Assembly: GCA_002687715.1 (NCBI GenBank) | Contig: NZBC01000048.1 | Location: 6,402 to 70,401, forward strand | Reading direction: 5' to 3' | Source of the DNA: Planctomycetota bacterium | GTDB taxonomy: Bacteria; Planctomycetota; GCA-002687715 | DNA: 64,000 nucleotides | Shown here: positions 9,241 through 20,258 of the stretch, one piece after another | Numbering within the stretch: the stretch's first letter is position 1 | How the letters are laid out: each line of letters opens with the position of its first letter | Notes under the pieces: model-generated | The model's database searches: none | What the model was told of the DNA's origin: nothing | What the model saw: only the letters and a program-made list of their open reading frames with translations | Translations under genes and position numbers: made by a program

Positions 9241-11856
9241 ATGCGCGCAGCCACGTCATGCCTGATCCTCCTGGCAGCCGGGGCCTCCGTTCGAGGTCAG
9301 GCCGCGCGGCCGAACATCCTCTTCCTGCTCACGGATGATCAGCGTCACGACCACCTGGGCCTGCTCCACCCGCACCTGAGGACGGCCGCCATCGACGCCT
9401 TGGCCCGGCGCGGGGTCCGGTTCGAGAACGCGTTCGTGACGACGTCGATCTGCGCGGCCAGTCGCGCCACGCTCCTCTGCGGTCGGACGGAGCGGACCAA
9501 CGGGTTCACGTTCCGCACGCCTCCGCTCGCCGCCCGGTTCACCGACGACAGCTGGCCGCGACGGCTACGCGCCGCGGGGTACCGGACGGGGCACATCGGC
9601 AAGATCGGCGTGAAGTTCACCCGAGGCGCCGGTGCCAAGATGTTCGACGTCCTGCGCGGACACGGCGGGCCCTACGTCAAGCAGCGCGGTCCGAACGCCG
9701 GCCGCCACATGACGGACATGAAGGCCGACGAAGCCCTCGCCTTCCTCGACGCCCAGCCCGACGCCCAGCCGTGGGCGCTGACCGTCTCATTCAACGCACC
9801 GCACGCGGAGGACCCGAATCCCGAGCAGTTCATCTGGCCCCCATCCTGCGATGGTCTCTACGACGACGTGATCCCGCCCGCGCCACCACTCGCCGATCCT
9901 GCGTTCTTCGAGGCACAGCCCGCGTTCCTCAAGAACAGCCTCAACCGCATCCGGTGGCGGTGGCGGTTCGACACCGAAGAGAAGCGCCGCAAGATGGTCC
10001 GCGGCTACTGGCGCATGATCACCGGAGTCGACCACGCAATCGCACGCATCGTGGCCCGGGTCGAGGCGCGCGGCGAGACGGCGAACACAGTCGTCGTCTT
10101 CGCGAGCGACAACGGGTACTTCCTCGGCGACCGCGGCTACGCCGGGAAGTGGCTCCCCTACGAAGCCTCGCTGCGGATTCCGATGATCATCGTCGACCCG
10201 CGTCCGGGCCGAATGCGACCGGGAACCCGCGCGCAGACGGTTCTGAATCTCGACCTACCGAGCACGTTCCTCGACGCCGCGGGCGAGGCCGCGCCAGCGT
10301 CCTACCAGGGTCGCAGTCTGATGCCGCTGGTGGCCGGCGCAACGCCGGCGTGGCGCGACCACTTCCGGTTCGAGCACCGTTTTCGCCACCAGGACATCCC
10401 TCAGCTCGAAGGAGTTCGCACGTCGAAGTGGAAGTACGCCCGCTACGTCACGCAGGATCCGCAGCATGAGGAGCTCTACGACCTCGAGGCGGACCCGCTC
10501 GAGGCGAAGAACCTCGCCTTGGACCGGGCTCACGCGTCGCGACTCGACGCGCTGCGCGCTGTTTGCGACACGATGCGTGAGCAGGACGACGAGGATCGCG
10601 GACCCGCCCCACCCGCTCGGCGGAACGCCAAGACGCGCCCCAACGTCGTGCTCATCATCGGTGACGACCAGCACTGGTCAGACTACGGGTTCATGGGCAG
10701 CTCGGTGATCGCGACGCCGCACCTCGACCGGCTGGCGCGACAGAGCCTCTTCTTTCCGCGCGGCTACGTCCCGTCCAGTCTCTGCTGTCCGTCCCTGGCG
10801 TCGATCATCACCGGCATGCAGCCACACCGACACCGCATCACGGGGAACGAGCCGCCGCGACCCGCGCGGGGCGGACGCAACCGCCGCCAGTACCAGGCAT
10901 CCGTCCGCCAGATGGTCTCGCTGATCGACGGTCAGGCAACGCTGCCCCGCCGGTTGCGCCCGCGGGGCTACTGGAGTCATCAGTCCGGCAAGTGGTGGCT
11001 CGGGAGCTATCGCCGCGGCGGGTTCACTCATGGCATGACCCACGGAGATCCCGCGCGAGGTGGACGCCATGGCGACCACGGGCTCACCATCGGACGACGC
11101 GGTCTGCAACCTCTCCTGGACTTCATCGACGCGGCCGGCGAACGTCCGTTCTTCGCGTGGTACGCGCCGTTCCTCCCCCACACGCCCCACAACCCGCCGA
11201 AGCGGCTCCTCGACCAGTACCGCGGCGCGACCCCGTCCCTGCCCGTCGCGCGCTACCGAGCCATGTGCGCGTGGTTCGACGAGACCTGTGGCCAGCTGCT
11301 GAAGTCTCTCGACGCCCGCGGGCTCACCGATGAGACGATCGTCGTCTTCGTGTGCGACAACGGGTGGATCCAGCGCCCTGACCGCGGCGGCTTTGCACCG
11401 CGGTCGAAGCGATCGCCCTACGACGGCGGGCTGCGGACCCCCATCCTCGTGCGCTGGCCAGGACGGATCACACCGCGGCGAATCGAGACCCCGGTCCTCA
11501 GCACCGACATCGCGCCGACGATCCTCGCGGCGTGCGGTGCCGAGCGACCGGCGGTGATGCGAGGTGTCGACCTGCTGGACCTCGACGCCGTACGCGCCCG
11601 CGATGCGATCCCCGGCGCGGTCTTTCGCCACAACGCCGTCGAGCTGAAACGCCCCGCCGCGAACCTCACCCACCGGTGGCTCGTCTCCGGGCGCTGGAAG
11701 CTCATCGTCCCGTCGCCATCGACGAGCCCGCAGGCCGCCCCGGAGCTGTACGACGTCGTGGCGGATCCTGGCGAGCAGAGCGACCTCGCCGCCGGTGCTC
11801 CGGAGCACGTGCGAGCGCTGACCCAGCGCCTGGATGCCTGGTGGAAACCGCGGTAG
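9241..11856 (+). CDS. Tandem two-domain formylglycine-dependent (S1) sulfatase
   Basis: Two PN(I/V)xxxxxDD starts, with active-site motifs SICAASRATLLCG and SLCCPSLASIITG; signal peptide. Confidence 0.9.
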   Translation: MRAATSCLILLAAGASVRGQAARPNILFLLTDDQRHDHLGLLHPHLRTAAIDALARRGVRFENAFVTTSICAASRATLLCGRTERTNGFTFRTPPLAARFTDDSWPRRLRAAGYRTGHIGKIGVKFTRGAGAKMFDVLRGHGGPYVKQRGPNAGRHMTDMKADEALAFLDAQPDAQPWALTVSFNAPHAEDPNPEQFIWPPSCDGLYDDVIPPAPPLADPAFFEAQPAFLKNSLNRIRWRWRFDTEEKRRKMVRGYWRMITGVDHAIARIVARVEARGETANTVVVFASDNGYFLGDRGYAGKWLPYEASLRIPMIIVDPRPGRMRPGTRAQTVLNLDLPSTFLDAAGEAAPASYQGRSLMPLVAGATPAWRDHFRFEHRFRHQDIPQLEGVRTSKWKYARYVTQDPQHEELYDLEADPLEAKNLALDRAHASRLDALRAVCDTMREQDDEDRGPAPPARRNAKTRPNVVLIIGDDQHWSDYGFMGSSVIATPHLDRLARQSLFFPRGYVPSSLCCPSLASIITGMQPHRHRITGNEPPRPARGGRNRRQYQASVRQMVSLIDGQATLPRRLRPRGYWSHQSGKWWLGSYRRGGFTHGMTHGDPARGGRHGDHGLTIGRRGLQPLLDFIDAAGERPFFAWYAPFLPHTPHNPPKRLLDQYRGATPSLPVARYRAMCAWFDETCGQLLKSLDARGLTDETIVVFVCDNGWIQRPDRGGFAPRSKRSPYDGGLRTPILVRWPGRITPRRIETPVLSTDIAPTILAACGAERPAVMRGVDLLDLDAVRARDAIPGAVFRHNAVELKRPAANLTHRWLVSGRWKLIVPSPSTSPQAAPELYDVVADPGEQSDLAAGAPEHVRALTQRLDAWWKPR

Positions 11857-11858
11857 TA

Positions 11859-12773
11859 ATGGACGTGCGCATGAGCCTCGCCATCCTGCTCGCCGCGCTC
11901 GGCGTGGTCACCGTCGCCTGTCGGCACACCGAACCCGAGCCAGCCCATCCCGAGCCCCCGAACCTCCGCCAGCAGCGGCCGGAGCCCGAGCTTCCCCTCC
12001 CGCCCCCGCGGAGCGGGACCTTCCGCGCACTCACCTACAACATCCACGGCCTGCCCTCGCGGGTGGCGCGGACGTCCATACTGCGCAACGTCCCGCTCAT
12101 CAGCCCCAAGCTGAACGCCTACGACCTGGCCCTGATCCAGGAGGACTTCGTCCATCACGCGGAGCTCGAGAAGGACGCGAACCACCCCCACCGATCGCGT
12201 CCCATGACCCACGGCAAATGGCGCATCCTCAATGACGGGCTGAACCGGTTCTCTCGTTTTCCGTTCGGGCGACTCCTCCGGGTCAAATGGAACGCCTGCC
12301 ACGGGCTCCTCAAGAGCGCCAGCGATTGCCTTGCCCGCAAGGGGTTCTCCGTCGCGACCACGACGTTCGCGGAGGGCGTCAAGATCGACGTCTACAACCT
12401 CCACGCGGAGGCTGGAGGCGGTGAGGAGGACCGCGACGCCCGCCGGATCGGCATCACCCAGCTCGGCCGCTTCATCACTGAATACTCCCGGGGCCGGGCG
12501 GTCATCGTGGCCGGCGACTTCAACCTGCACGCGTTCAGTCCTCGCGACGAGGCCCTCTTCCGCGAGCTCCTCGCCGCCACCGGATTGACCGATGTCGCCC
12601 GCTTCCTGCAGACGGGCCATGAACGAATCGACCGTTTCCTCTTCCGCAGCGGCGGTGGGACCCGGATCGTCCCCGAATCCTGGGAGATGGACCGCACCTT
12701 CATCGACGATCGAGGGTCACGACTGTCCGACCATCCGGCGATCGCCGTGACCTTCCGCTGGACAACGGAGTAG
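11859..12773 (+). CDS. Endonuclease/exonuclease/phosphatase-family lipoprotein (sphingomyelinase-like)
   Basis: Lipobox TVAC; LTYNI, IQED, YNLH, AGDFN, RID and LSDH motifs. Confidence 0.85.
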   Translation: MDVRMSLAILLAALGVVTVACRHTEPEPAHPEPPNLRQQRPEPELPLPPPRSGTFRALTYNIHGLPSRVARTSILRNVPLISPKLNAYDLALIQEDFVHHAELEKDANHPHRSRPMTHGKWRILNDGLNRFSRFPFGRLLRVKWNACHGLLKSASDCLARKGFSVATTTFAEGVKIDVYNLHAEAGGGEEDRDARRIGITQLGRFITEYSRGRAVIVAGDFNLHAFSPRDEALFRELLAATGLTDVARFLQTGHERIDRFLFRSGGGTRIVPESWEMDRTFIDDRGSRLSDHPAIAVTFRWTTE

Positions 12774-12858
12774 CTGCAGCGCGGATCTTCGATCCTGGCT
12801 CCCGAGCGGTTACCATGGCTCCACAGCTCTCGGCCCCGACCTCCGCTCCGCAGCTTCG

Positions 12859-13269
12859 ATGATGAACACGACCGGACACAGCGACACCGTGACCGAGGGC
12901 ATCCGGGTGCGCGTCGCGGCCCAATACCTGCCGGACCAGTCCGATCCCGACACCCTGAACTACCTCTTCGTCTACCGGGTGATCATGTCCAACGAGGGCG
13001 AGAAGCAAGCCGAGCTCCTGCGCCGCCACTGGATCATCAGGGACGCCAACAACGGATTGAACGAAGTGCGGGGAGACGGCGTCGTGGGTGAGTTCCCGGA
13101 TCTCGGCCCCGGCGAGAGCTTCGAGTACATGAGCAGCAGCCACATCCCGACGACCTGGGGGACGATGGAAGGCAGCTACACCTTCCGCCGCCCCGACGGT
13201 GCGACGTTCGAAGCGCTGATCGGACGGTTCTTCCTCGCGCCGAACACCGAGCCCATCTCGAACCTCTGA
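12859..13269 (+). CDS. apaG: ApaG protein
   Basis: LLRRHWIIRD, VRGDGVVGEFP and GTMEGSYTF motifs. Confidence 0.95.
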   Translation: MMNTTGHSDTVTEGIRVRVAAQYLPDQSDPDTLNYLFVYRVIMSNEGEKQAELLRRHWIIRDANNGLNEVRGDGVVGEFPDLGPGESFEYMSSSHIPTTWGTMEGSYTFRRPDGATFEALIGRFFLAPNTEPISNL

Positions 13270-13284
13270 GCGCGGTGAACCCGA

Positions 13285-15189
13285 TCAGAGGTCGAGGCCT
13301 TCGGCGTCCTCGGCGTGCAGCATGATGAAGTCGTAGCGCGGCGACGCGTCCTTGCCCATGAGCTCGTTGAAGGTGCGGTCCGCGTCGACGGGATGCGGGA
13401 TCTCGACCCTCAGCAGGCGTCTGGTGGCTGGATCGAGCGTGGTTTCCCACAGCGTCTTGGGCATCATCTCACCGAGTCCTTTGAATCGCGTGATCTCAGG
13501 GCGGTGGCGCTGGTCGGCCTCCGCCAGAATGCGCTCCTTGTCATCCTCGTCCGCGGCCCAGTGCGTGACCTTGCCGAGATTGATGCGATAGAGCGGAGGC
13601 TGGGCGATGAAGACATGCTCCTTGCGGATCAGCTCTGGCAGATGACGGAAGAAGAACGTGAGCAGGAGCGTCGTGATGTGATGGCCGTCCGAGTCCGCGT
13701 CGGCCAAGAGGATGATGCGGTTGTAGCGCAGCTTGCCGATATCGAACGTCTTGGAGATGCCGCACCCGAGCGCGATGACGAGGTCGTGCAGCTCCTTGTT
13801 CTGAAGCACCTTGCCCGGCGGCAGGGCTTCCGTGTTCAGGACCTTGCCCCGGAGCGGGAGGATCGCCTGGAACGTCCGGTCACGCCCCTGCTTGGCGGAA
13901 CCGCCGGCGCTGTCACCCTCGACGATAAAGAGCTCGGAGTGGCCGGTTCCGGGACTCGTACAGTCGCTGAGCTTGCCGGGAAGCGTCGCGCGCCCCTTGG
14001 TCGCGGACTTGCGCACGACCTGCGCGGACGCCAGGCGCGACGCCTCGCGAGCCCGCGCGGCGAGAATGGCACGGGCGACGATGGCTTCCGCGGAAGACCG
14101 GTTGCCGTTGAGCCACTTCTCGAGCGCGGGACGGACCGTGCCATCGACGCGAGCCGCCACCTCCGGGTTGTTGAGTCGGTCCTTGGTCTGGCCCTGGAAC
14201 TGGGGGTCGGACATGAAGATCGACAGCACCACGACGAGGCCCTCACGAAGATCGTCTGACGTCAGGGTGACGCCCTTGGGCTGGAGCTTGTGCGTTTCGA
14301 CGTAGTTGCGGAGAGCCTTGCCGAGCCCCGACCGGAAGCCGTTCTCGTGAGTCCCTCCCGAACCGGTCGGGATGCCGTTGACGTAGGAGAGCACGCGTTC
14401 GTCCGTGCCGTCGGTCCACTGCAGCGCGCACTGGAGTTTGACCCCTTCGAGGTCCTTCTCGGTGACGAACGGTTGGTCGTGAACCGAGCTCGACTTCCGG
14501 CCCGCGACCAGGTGGGCGAGGTAGTCGACGATCCCGTCGGGATGGAAGAACGTCGTCTTGTCACCGTTGACGTCGTCGACCCACGTCACCTTGAGCCCGC
14601 GATGCAGGTAGCTCGAGACCTCGCACCGATCGCGAATGGTCTGCGGATCGAAGCGCGTCCGAGGGAAGATGGTCGGGTCGGGCTCGAACGTGATCTCGGT
14701 CCCCGTCCCGCGGGCGGGCCCGGCGTTCTTCAGCTTCTTGGTCGTCTTGCCGCGCTGGAACCCGATCGTCCATTTTCTTCCGTCGCGGCGGACGGTGCAC
14801 GACAGTCGCGATGACAACGCGTTGACCACGCTCGAGCCGACGCCGTGCAGTCCGCCGGCGGCCCGATACACGCCGTCCTCGAACTTCGCGCCCGCGTGAA
14901 GGGTCGTGAGGATCACCTCGACCGCGGGCTTCTTGGCCTTCGGGTGTTTGTCGATGGGGATACCGCGGCCGTTGTCGCGCACCGTGACCGATGCGCCATC
15001 CGTGTGCAACGTGACGGTGATCTCCGACGCGTGGCCGTTCATGGCCTCGTCGACGGAGTTGTCGAAGATCTCCCACACGAGGTGGTGCAGGCCGGCGGGA
15101 CCGACCCCGCCGATGTACATGCCGGGCCGCTTGCGCACGGGCGCCAGGCCCTCGAGCACGCTGATGTCCTTTGCCGTGTAGCGCGCCAT
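13285..15189 (-). CDS. parE: Type IIA topoisomerase subunit B (ParE/GyrB family, probably topo IV-like)
   Basis: VRKRPGMYIG, EIFDNSVDE, GGLHGVG, IVEGDSAGG, PLRGK and DADSDG motifs; 634 aa. The parE label rests on the partner subunit lacking a GyrA box. Confidence 0.85.
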   Translation of the reverse strand: MARYTAKDISVLEGLAPVRKRPGMYIGGVGPAGLHHLVWEIFDNSVDEAMNGHASEITVTLHTDGASVTVRDNGRGIPIDKHPKAKKPAVEVILTTLHAGAKFEDGVYRAAGGLHGVGSSVVNALSSRLSCTVRRDGRKWTIGFQRGKTTKKLKNAGPARGTGTEITFEPDPTIFPRTRFDPQTIRDRCEVSSYLHRGLKVTWVDDVNGDKTTFFHPDGIVDYLAHLVAGRKSSSVHDQPFVTEKDLEGVKLQCALQWTDGTDERVLSYVNGIPTGSGGTHENGFRSGLGKALRNYVETHKLQPKGVTLTSDDLREGLVVVLSIFMSDPQFQGQTKDRLNNPEVAARVDGTVRPALEKWLNGNRSSAEAIVARAILAARAREASRLASAQVVRKSATKGRATLPGKLSDCTSPGTGHSELFIVEGDSAGGSAKQGRDRTFQAILPLRGKVLNTEALPPGKVLQNKELHDLVIALGCGISKTFDIGKLRYNRIILLADADSDGHHITTLLLTFFFRHLPELIRKEHVFIAQPPLYRINLGKVTHWAADEDDKERILAEADQRHRPEITRFKGLGEMMPKTLWETTLDPATRRLLRVEIPHPVDADRTFNELMGKDASPRYDFIMLHAEDAEGLDL

Positions 15190-15196
15190 GGGATGT

Positions 15197-17566
15197 CTAC
15201 TCGCTCAGCGGCGGAGGGGCCTCGATGTCCGGCCACACGACGCGAACGAAACCGCCGTTCTTCTGGACCTCGCGGCCGCGACCGCCGCGACCGGTCACCT
15301 CGTACTTGCCCGTACTGATGTTCTTCGTCGCACCCCGGTTGGTCTCGACGGTCAGCAGATCGCGATCTCCATCCGACGCCTTGAATCCGATGACGGAGTC
15401 GTCCGCGGCCGTCTTGATGAGGATGACCCCCTTCCCCGCCCCGGAGAGGAAGTTCACGCTCGCCACCGGACAGATCATCGCACGCGCCTTCTTCGTCGCC
15501 GTGAGAATCGTCTCCAGCCCGTTCACGACCTGGACCCCAACGACCTCGTGGCTCTTCCCCGGGCGGGCGAAGCGGCGCCCCGACTTGGTGCTCGGCTCGA
15601 GGAACGTCGCGAGGCTGAACCGCATCGCGTACCCGTTGCTCGTCACCGCAATGGCGTGGATCGGCGGACCGTCCTCCCCCTCCGTGGAGATGTCGCCAAT
15701 CCAGCGCTCGTCGAGACTCAGGGCCGCGACGATGCGCTCGCCGTCCTTCAGGGAGAACCGCTTCTGCACGGGCTCCCCATGACCGGTCGTGGCGGGAACG
15801 TCGATGACCCGGGGCGAGTACGCGACACCGAAGCTCGAGAACAGGACCAGGGTGGCCGTCGTCGACGCAGGCTCCGCCGCGAGGACGACGTCACCTTCGC
15901 GCAGCTTGGTCTTCGAGAGGTCCTTCACCTCCTTCTGCCGCTTGATCCAGCCATCGCGCGTGACGAGGACCACGTTGTCCTCCGCGACGATGAAATCCTC
16001 TGCCGAGAACTCGGGCTCGTCCGCGACCTCGATGATGGTCCGGCGCACGAATTGAGGGTCGGCGGCGTAGTACTTCCGAAGCTCGGCGAGCTCGTCGTTC
16101 ACGATCGCCCAGCGCTTGGCCTCGTGAGCGAGCAGCCCCTTGATCTCCTTCGCGCGGGCTCTCTTGGCGGCGCGCTCGTCGAGAACGTCGAGGATCTGCA
16201 GCTTGGCGAGCTGGTAGAGCTTGAGGTCGAGGATGGCGTCGGTCTGCAGCTCATCGAGGTTCTTGAACGTCGCGATGATCTTCTTCCTGGCATCGGCGCG
16301 GCCATCGCTGGCGCGGATGATGGCGAGAATCTCGTCGAGGATGTCGAAGACGATCGCGAAGCCGTCGAGGATGTGGAGCCGCTTGTTCAGCGCGTCGAGC
16401 TCGTTCTCCAGCCGGCGCGTGACGACCTGCATCCGGAAGTTGAGGAAGTGCCGGAGCATCTCCTTCAGGTCACAGCGTTGGGGGGCGCCAACGTCCGGGT
16501 TGCTGGACGGAACGAGGCAGGTCAGGTTGACATTGAAGTTCTGCTGCAGCGGCGTGTGCTTGTAGAGATACGCGAGGACCTTCTGGACGTCGGCGTCGCG
16601 TTTGAGCACCAGCTCGACGCGAACGTCCCCGGCCGACAGATCGCGCACGTCGAGGAGCGGCGGCAGCTTCCTCGACACGACGACGTCCGCGAGCCGCTCG
16701 ACGAGAGCCGCCTTGTTCTGCGCGTACGGGATCGAATCGATGTTGATCGTTTTGGTGGCCCGCGTCGTCTCCCCAGCAACCCAGGTCCCACGAACGCGGA
16801 CCGCGCCCTGCCCGGTGCGGTAGATCTGCTCGAGCTCCTCGGGCGAGTTGAGGATGTGACCGCCGGTGGGGAAATCCGGTCCCCGCATGATCCGGCACAG
16901 GCTACCGATCTGGGTGTCCTGGTCTTTCCGCTGGTTCTTGAGGATGCGGAGCAGCGCGTCGCACACCTCGATGGGATTGTGCGGCGGGATGGTCGTGGCC
17001 ATCCCCACCGCGATGCCGACCGCCCCGTTGATGAGGAGGTTCGGTTGCCGCGCAGGCAGGACGACGGGCTCCTCTCGTGTGCCGTCGTAGTTGGGACGGA
17101 AGTCGACCGTCCGCTGGCCGATCTCGCGCAGCATGCCGTCGGCAGCGGGAGTGCTGCGGCATTCCGTGTACCGCATGGCGGCCGCACCATCGCCGTCGAG
17201 TGACCCGAAGTTCCCCGAACCATCGACGAGCGCCTCCCGCATCGCGAACGGCTGCGCCATCCGCACGAGCGCCTCGTAGATCGCCGAGTCGCCATGGGGG
17301 TGGTAGCTACCCATGACGTCGCCGACGACCTTCGCGCACTTGCGGTGCTTGGCCGCGGACCGGATCCCGAGCTGGTCCATCGTGTAGAGGATGCGGCGTT
17401 GGACCGGCTTCAGCCCGTCACGGACGTCCGGCAGGGCACGGCTCGTGATGACGGAAAGCGCGTAGTTGAGGTATCGCGACCGCGCCGCCTCATGGAGCGG
17501 AACCGTCTCTACCACTCCTTCGAGCGGAAGATCAGGTTGGTCCTTCTTGCGTTTGGATCTGGCCAG
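15197..17566 (-). CDS. parC: Type IIA topoisomerase subunit A (ParC/GyrA family), probable CTG start
   Basis: [22 protein letters not shown] and AAMRYTE (catalytic Tyr); the CTD has no canonical GyrA box. The frame extends to a CTG at 17566 downstream of a GGAGG; the ORF track uses GTG at 17515. Confidence 0.85.
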   Translation of the reverse strand: MARSKRKKDQPDLPLEGVVETVPLHEAARSRYLNYALSVITSRALPDVRDGLKPVQRRILYTMDQLGIRSAAKHRKCAKVVGDVMGSYHPHGDSAIYEALVRMAQPFAMREALVDGSGNFGSLDGDGAAAMRYTECRSTPAADGMLREIGQRTVDFRPNYDGTREEPVVLPARQPNLLINGAVGIAVGMATTIPPHNPIEVCDALLRILKNQRKDQDTQIGSLCRIMRGPDFPTGGHILNSPEELEQIYRTGQGAVRVRGTWVAGETTRATKTINIDSIPYAQNKAALVERLADVVVSRKLPPLLDVRDLSAGDVRVELVLKRDADVQKVLAYLYKHTPLQQNFNVNLTCLVPSSNPDVGAPQRCDLKEMLRHFLNFRMQVVTRRLENELDALNKRLHILDGFAIVFDILDEILAIIRASDGRADARKKIIATFKNLDELQTDAILDLKLYQLAKLQILDVLDERAAKRARAKEIKGLLAHEAKRWAIVNDELAELRKYYAADPQFVRRTIIEVADEPEFSAEDFIVAEDNVVLVTRDGWIKRQKEVKDLSKTKLREGDVVLAAEPASTTATLVLFSSFGVAYSPRVIDVPATTGHGEPVQKRFSLKDGERIVAALSLDERWIGDISTEGEDGPPIHAIAVTSNGYAMRFSLATFLEPSTKSGRRFARPGKSHEVVGVQVVNGLETILTATKKARAMICPVASVNFLSGAGKGVILIKTAADDSVIGFKASDGDRDLLTVETNRGATKNISTGKYEVTGRGGRGREVQKNGGFVRVVWPDIEAPPPLSE

Positions 17567-17722
17567 GGCACCCCTCCCCCGAGGGTAGTGGGCGCGATTC
17601 TATCCGCATCCGGCGCGGTCTCTACGGGACGCCTCGCCGGAATGCCGAGAGTTCTACCGCTCGGCCGCCAGTTGGCGAAAAGGCGTGCGCGGCCGCTGCT
17701 TTGATGAGGGAAGGGGAAGGGA

Positions 17723-18229
17723 ATGCGGATGGCGCTCATCGTGCTCACTCTGCCCGCGCTCGGCAGCTGCGCCTTCATGGAGGACGTCGGTGAGGCGACG
17801 CTGGACGTGGCTGCCTTCACGATCGAAGGCGCCGGGCGCCTGGCCGAGGTCACGATCACGACGGCCGTCGACGTCACCGGCACCACGATCGACGCCATCG
17901 CCGAAGAGACGGCCGACACGACCCGGACGGTCGCCCGGGAGACCGCAGCCACCACCCGCACCGTGACTCGCGAAGCCATCGACACCTCCGCGGACACGAC
18001 GATCCACGCCGCTCACCACGGCGTCCGCCTCCTCGAGGACACGGACACCCGTCAGATCCTCGAGCTCGCCCGTCCGGACGGCGCCCGGTTCCTGAAGATC
18101 ATCACGAGGGGTATCGACACGGCGTCGGGTCGCCACGTGACGGACGTCCGGTACGAAGGTCGGGACCGCACGGGCCGCCACCTCCCCATCCCGGCCGAGG
18201 TTCGCGCAGCATTCGACGAGCGGCGCTGA
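17723..18229 (+). CDS. Hypothetical lipoprotein
   Basis: Lipobox LGSC, purine-rich RBS, and a T/A/D/E-rich repeat region. Confidence 0.65.
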   Translation: MRMALIVLTLPALGSCAFMEDVGEATLDVAAFTIEGAGRLAEVTITTAVDVTGTTIDAIAEETADTTRTVARETAATTRTVTREAIDTSADTTIHAAHHGVRLLEDTDTRQILELARPDGARFLKIITRGIDTASGRHVTDVRYEGRDRTGRHLPIPAEVRAAFDERR

Positions 18230-18318
18230 CAATCCTCGTCATCCTCACGCCGAATCCGGCGCTCCTTACGGCAACGGGGCACGCTCCCGTCCACTGATCC
18301 GGATGTGTGGAGACAACC

Positions 18319-18936
18319 ATGAAGATCGCAAGCGGCTATGAAGGCACGACGGTAGGGCTTCTCGAACAGGTGGGGCAACCCGAGTCCGCTCAGAACGCAT
18401 GGACCGATCTGATCGCACGTTACGGCAGCGATCTTCGGTCCTATACAGCCAAGCAGATCGGCGACCAGCTCAGGCTGCATCTCGACGTCAATGACGTCAT
18501 CAACGAGGCGTGGATGCGGGTCGTCTGCAGGGCAGACGTCTTCGAGTACCGCGGCCGTAGGAGCCTGTTCAGATGGGTGTGCCTGATGGTCGCGCGCGTC
18601 GTGAAGGACCGCTATCGGGCTTTCGCAAGGCGCGGCGGCGCGCCGATGCGCTTCGGAGATCTCCCCGGCGATGAGGAGGGCGGCGAACGCGACGTCGTCG
18701 CTGACGACCCCGATCCCCAGGACGCCGCTGTCCACAGCGACGAGCTCACACACGCGTTCGAAGCGCTCGACGCGTTGCCGAGCGTCTATCGCAAGCCGCT
18801 GGAGCAGGTGTACCGCTACTACCGATCAAGGTCGGACATCGCGGCCCGGATGGGCATCAGGCGGAACACGCTCAACCAACGGATCAGCCGCGGACACCAC
18901 CTGTGGCGCGAGGAGCTGGACTACCGCCGGGGTTGA
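18319..18936 (+). CDS. ECF sigma-70 factor
   Basis: Sigma2 region (DVNDVINEAW...LFRWVCL) and sigma4 HTH (SRSDIAARMGIRRNTLNQRISRG); GGAG RBS before ATG 18319. Confidence 0.8.
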   Translation: MKIASGYEGTTVGLLEQVGQPESAQNAWTDLIARYGSDLRSYTAKQIGDQLRLHLDVNDVINEAWMRVVCRADVFEYRGRRSLFRWVCLMVARVVKDRYRAFARRGGAPMRFGDLPGDEEGGERDVVADDPDPQDAAVHSDELTHAFEALDALPSVYRKPLEQVYRYYRSRSDIAARMGIRRNTLNQRISRGHHLWREELDYRRG

Positions 18937-18941
18937 GGCCC

Positions 18942-19688
18942 TCAGTACGCGAGGACGTCCCAGGACCACTCCGTTTCATTCACGAGCGGAACGCAGCGCC
19001 GGGTGGTCCAGTGGAGCTCGCGGGCCCGCACGGCGAGGGCGGCCCGATGTTCCGGCCCCGCGGACCATAGCACGAACCTCCAGGCGTCGGCTCGATCGTC
19101 GAGGTCGTCGCGCACGGAGAATCCGATGCGACCTGGATCGGCGTCAAGGTCAAACGCGAAGCCGCCGAGTGGCAAGGCAAGCCCCATGCCACGAGCCTTG
19201 ATGTAGGACTCCTTCAGCGTCCAGTACGCGAAGAACCTCGGCCGGCGTCCGGATTCGGGCAGCGCCTCCAGCGCCCGGACCTCTTGCGCCGCGAAGTGCT
19301 TCTCCGCGACTCCGGGATTGACGTCGCGCAGACGCTCGACGTCGACGCCGATGTCGAGTCCACTGGTGACGGCCACGGCGACGAGCCCCGACGTGTGCGA
19401 CAGGTTGAAGCGCACGGGGGGCGGCCCGCCGCTCGTGCGAAGCTCCGGCCGGCCGTGCACGCCGAGGTCGAAACCGAGAGACGCCGGATCACGGTCGACA
19501 GCCTGACCGACCACGGTCCGCACCAACGCGTGCGCGACCAGGAAGTGATGACGGTCCTTGTCGAAGACGAAACGATCACACCGCACACGTTCGTCATCGG
19601 AGAGCAGGTCGCGATAGCGCGCGAGGACACCGGAGTCCGTGATCGCGTCAGGCTCGGCGAACCATACCTGGGCTTTCGTGCTGCTCAT
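18942..19688 (-). CDS. Sfp-type 4'-phosphopantetheinyl transferase
   Basis: GRP, FNLSHT, IGVDVE and WTLKESYIKARG motifs. Confidence 0.93.
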   Translation of the reverse strand: MSSTKAQVWFAEPDAITDSGVLARYRDLLSDDERVRCDRFVFDKDRHHFLVAHALVRTVVGQAVDRDPASLGFDLGVHGRPELRTSGGPPPVRFNLSHTSGLVAVAVTSGLDIGVDVERLRDVNPGVAEKHFAAQEVRALEALPESGRRPRFFAYWTLKESYIKARGMGLALPLGGFAFDLDADPGRIGFSVRDDLDDRADAWRFVLWSAGPEHRAALAVRARELHWTTRRCVPLVNETEWSWDVLAY

Positions 19689-20030
19689 CCGTCCATTCTA
19701 AGACGCGCGAGGAAGTTCGCATCGACGTGCGGACAAGTGACCCCTCGAGCCGCGAGCGCAGACGCGGTCTCGGAGGCGTCGATGGCCGGGCCGCGGTCCG
19801 CGGGCCCGACCATGCGCTCGGCAACCCACTTGCTCTGAGCGTACCCTCCGCGAACGTCGAGATAGTCGCCGAGGTCCGTCGTCTCGTCCACGCGGACGGC
19901 GTGGGAGCGTACGACGTCGAACACGCCCACCGTCGAGACGTGGTGCAACGGCGCGCCCGCCTCCATCGCGATGCCAGTGATCGCGCGGGTGCCCTCGACG
20001 TTCGGAGCCGACGCCACGTTCAGGGACGTC
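19685..20030 (-). pseudogene. Remnant of an NRPS/CAR terminal thioester-reductase (R) domain
   Basis: PNVEGTR...HHVSTVGV...GGYAQSKWVAERMV (YxxSK) is joined directly to the C-terminal ETASALAARGVTCP segment. The Rossmann N-terminus and the middle are missing. Confidence 0.7.
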
Positions 20031-20258
20031 GTGGGGTGCGGGGCGGGCATCTCGTGGTCAAGGACCGGGAGGGGGGTGCCGATTGCCGGGAATGTGCACC
20101 GGCGGCACCGGTGAGGCACCAGTCGGCCGGCCGCACATCGGCGACCAGATCAGGATAGCAAGACCGCGCCCCGTCGCCGCGGCCCATCTCACGACTCAAG
20201 ATCGCCTCAACGCTAAGCTTGGGTCCACGTCACGCCGGTATCTCGCAACCGTTCCCTC

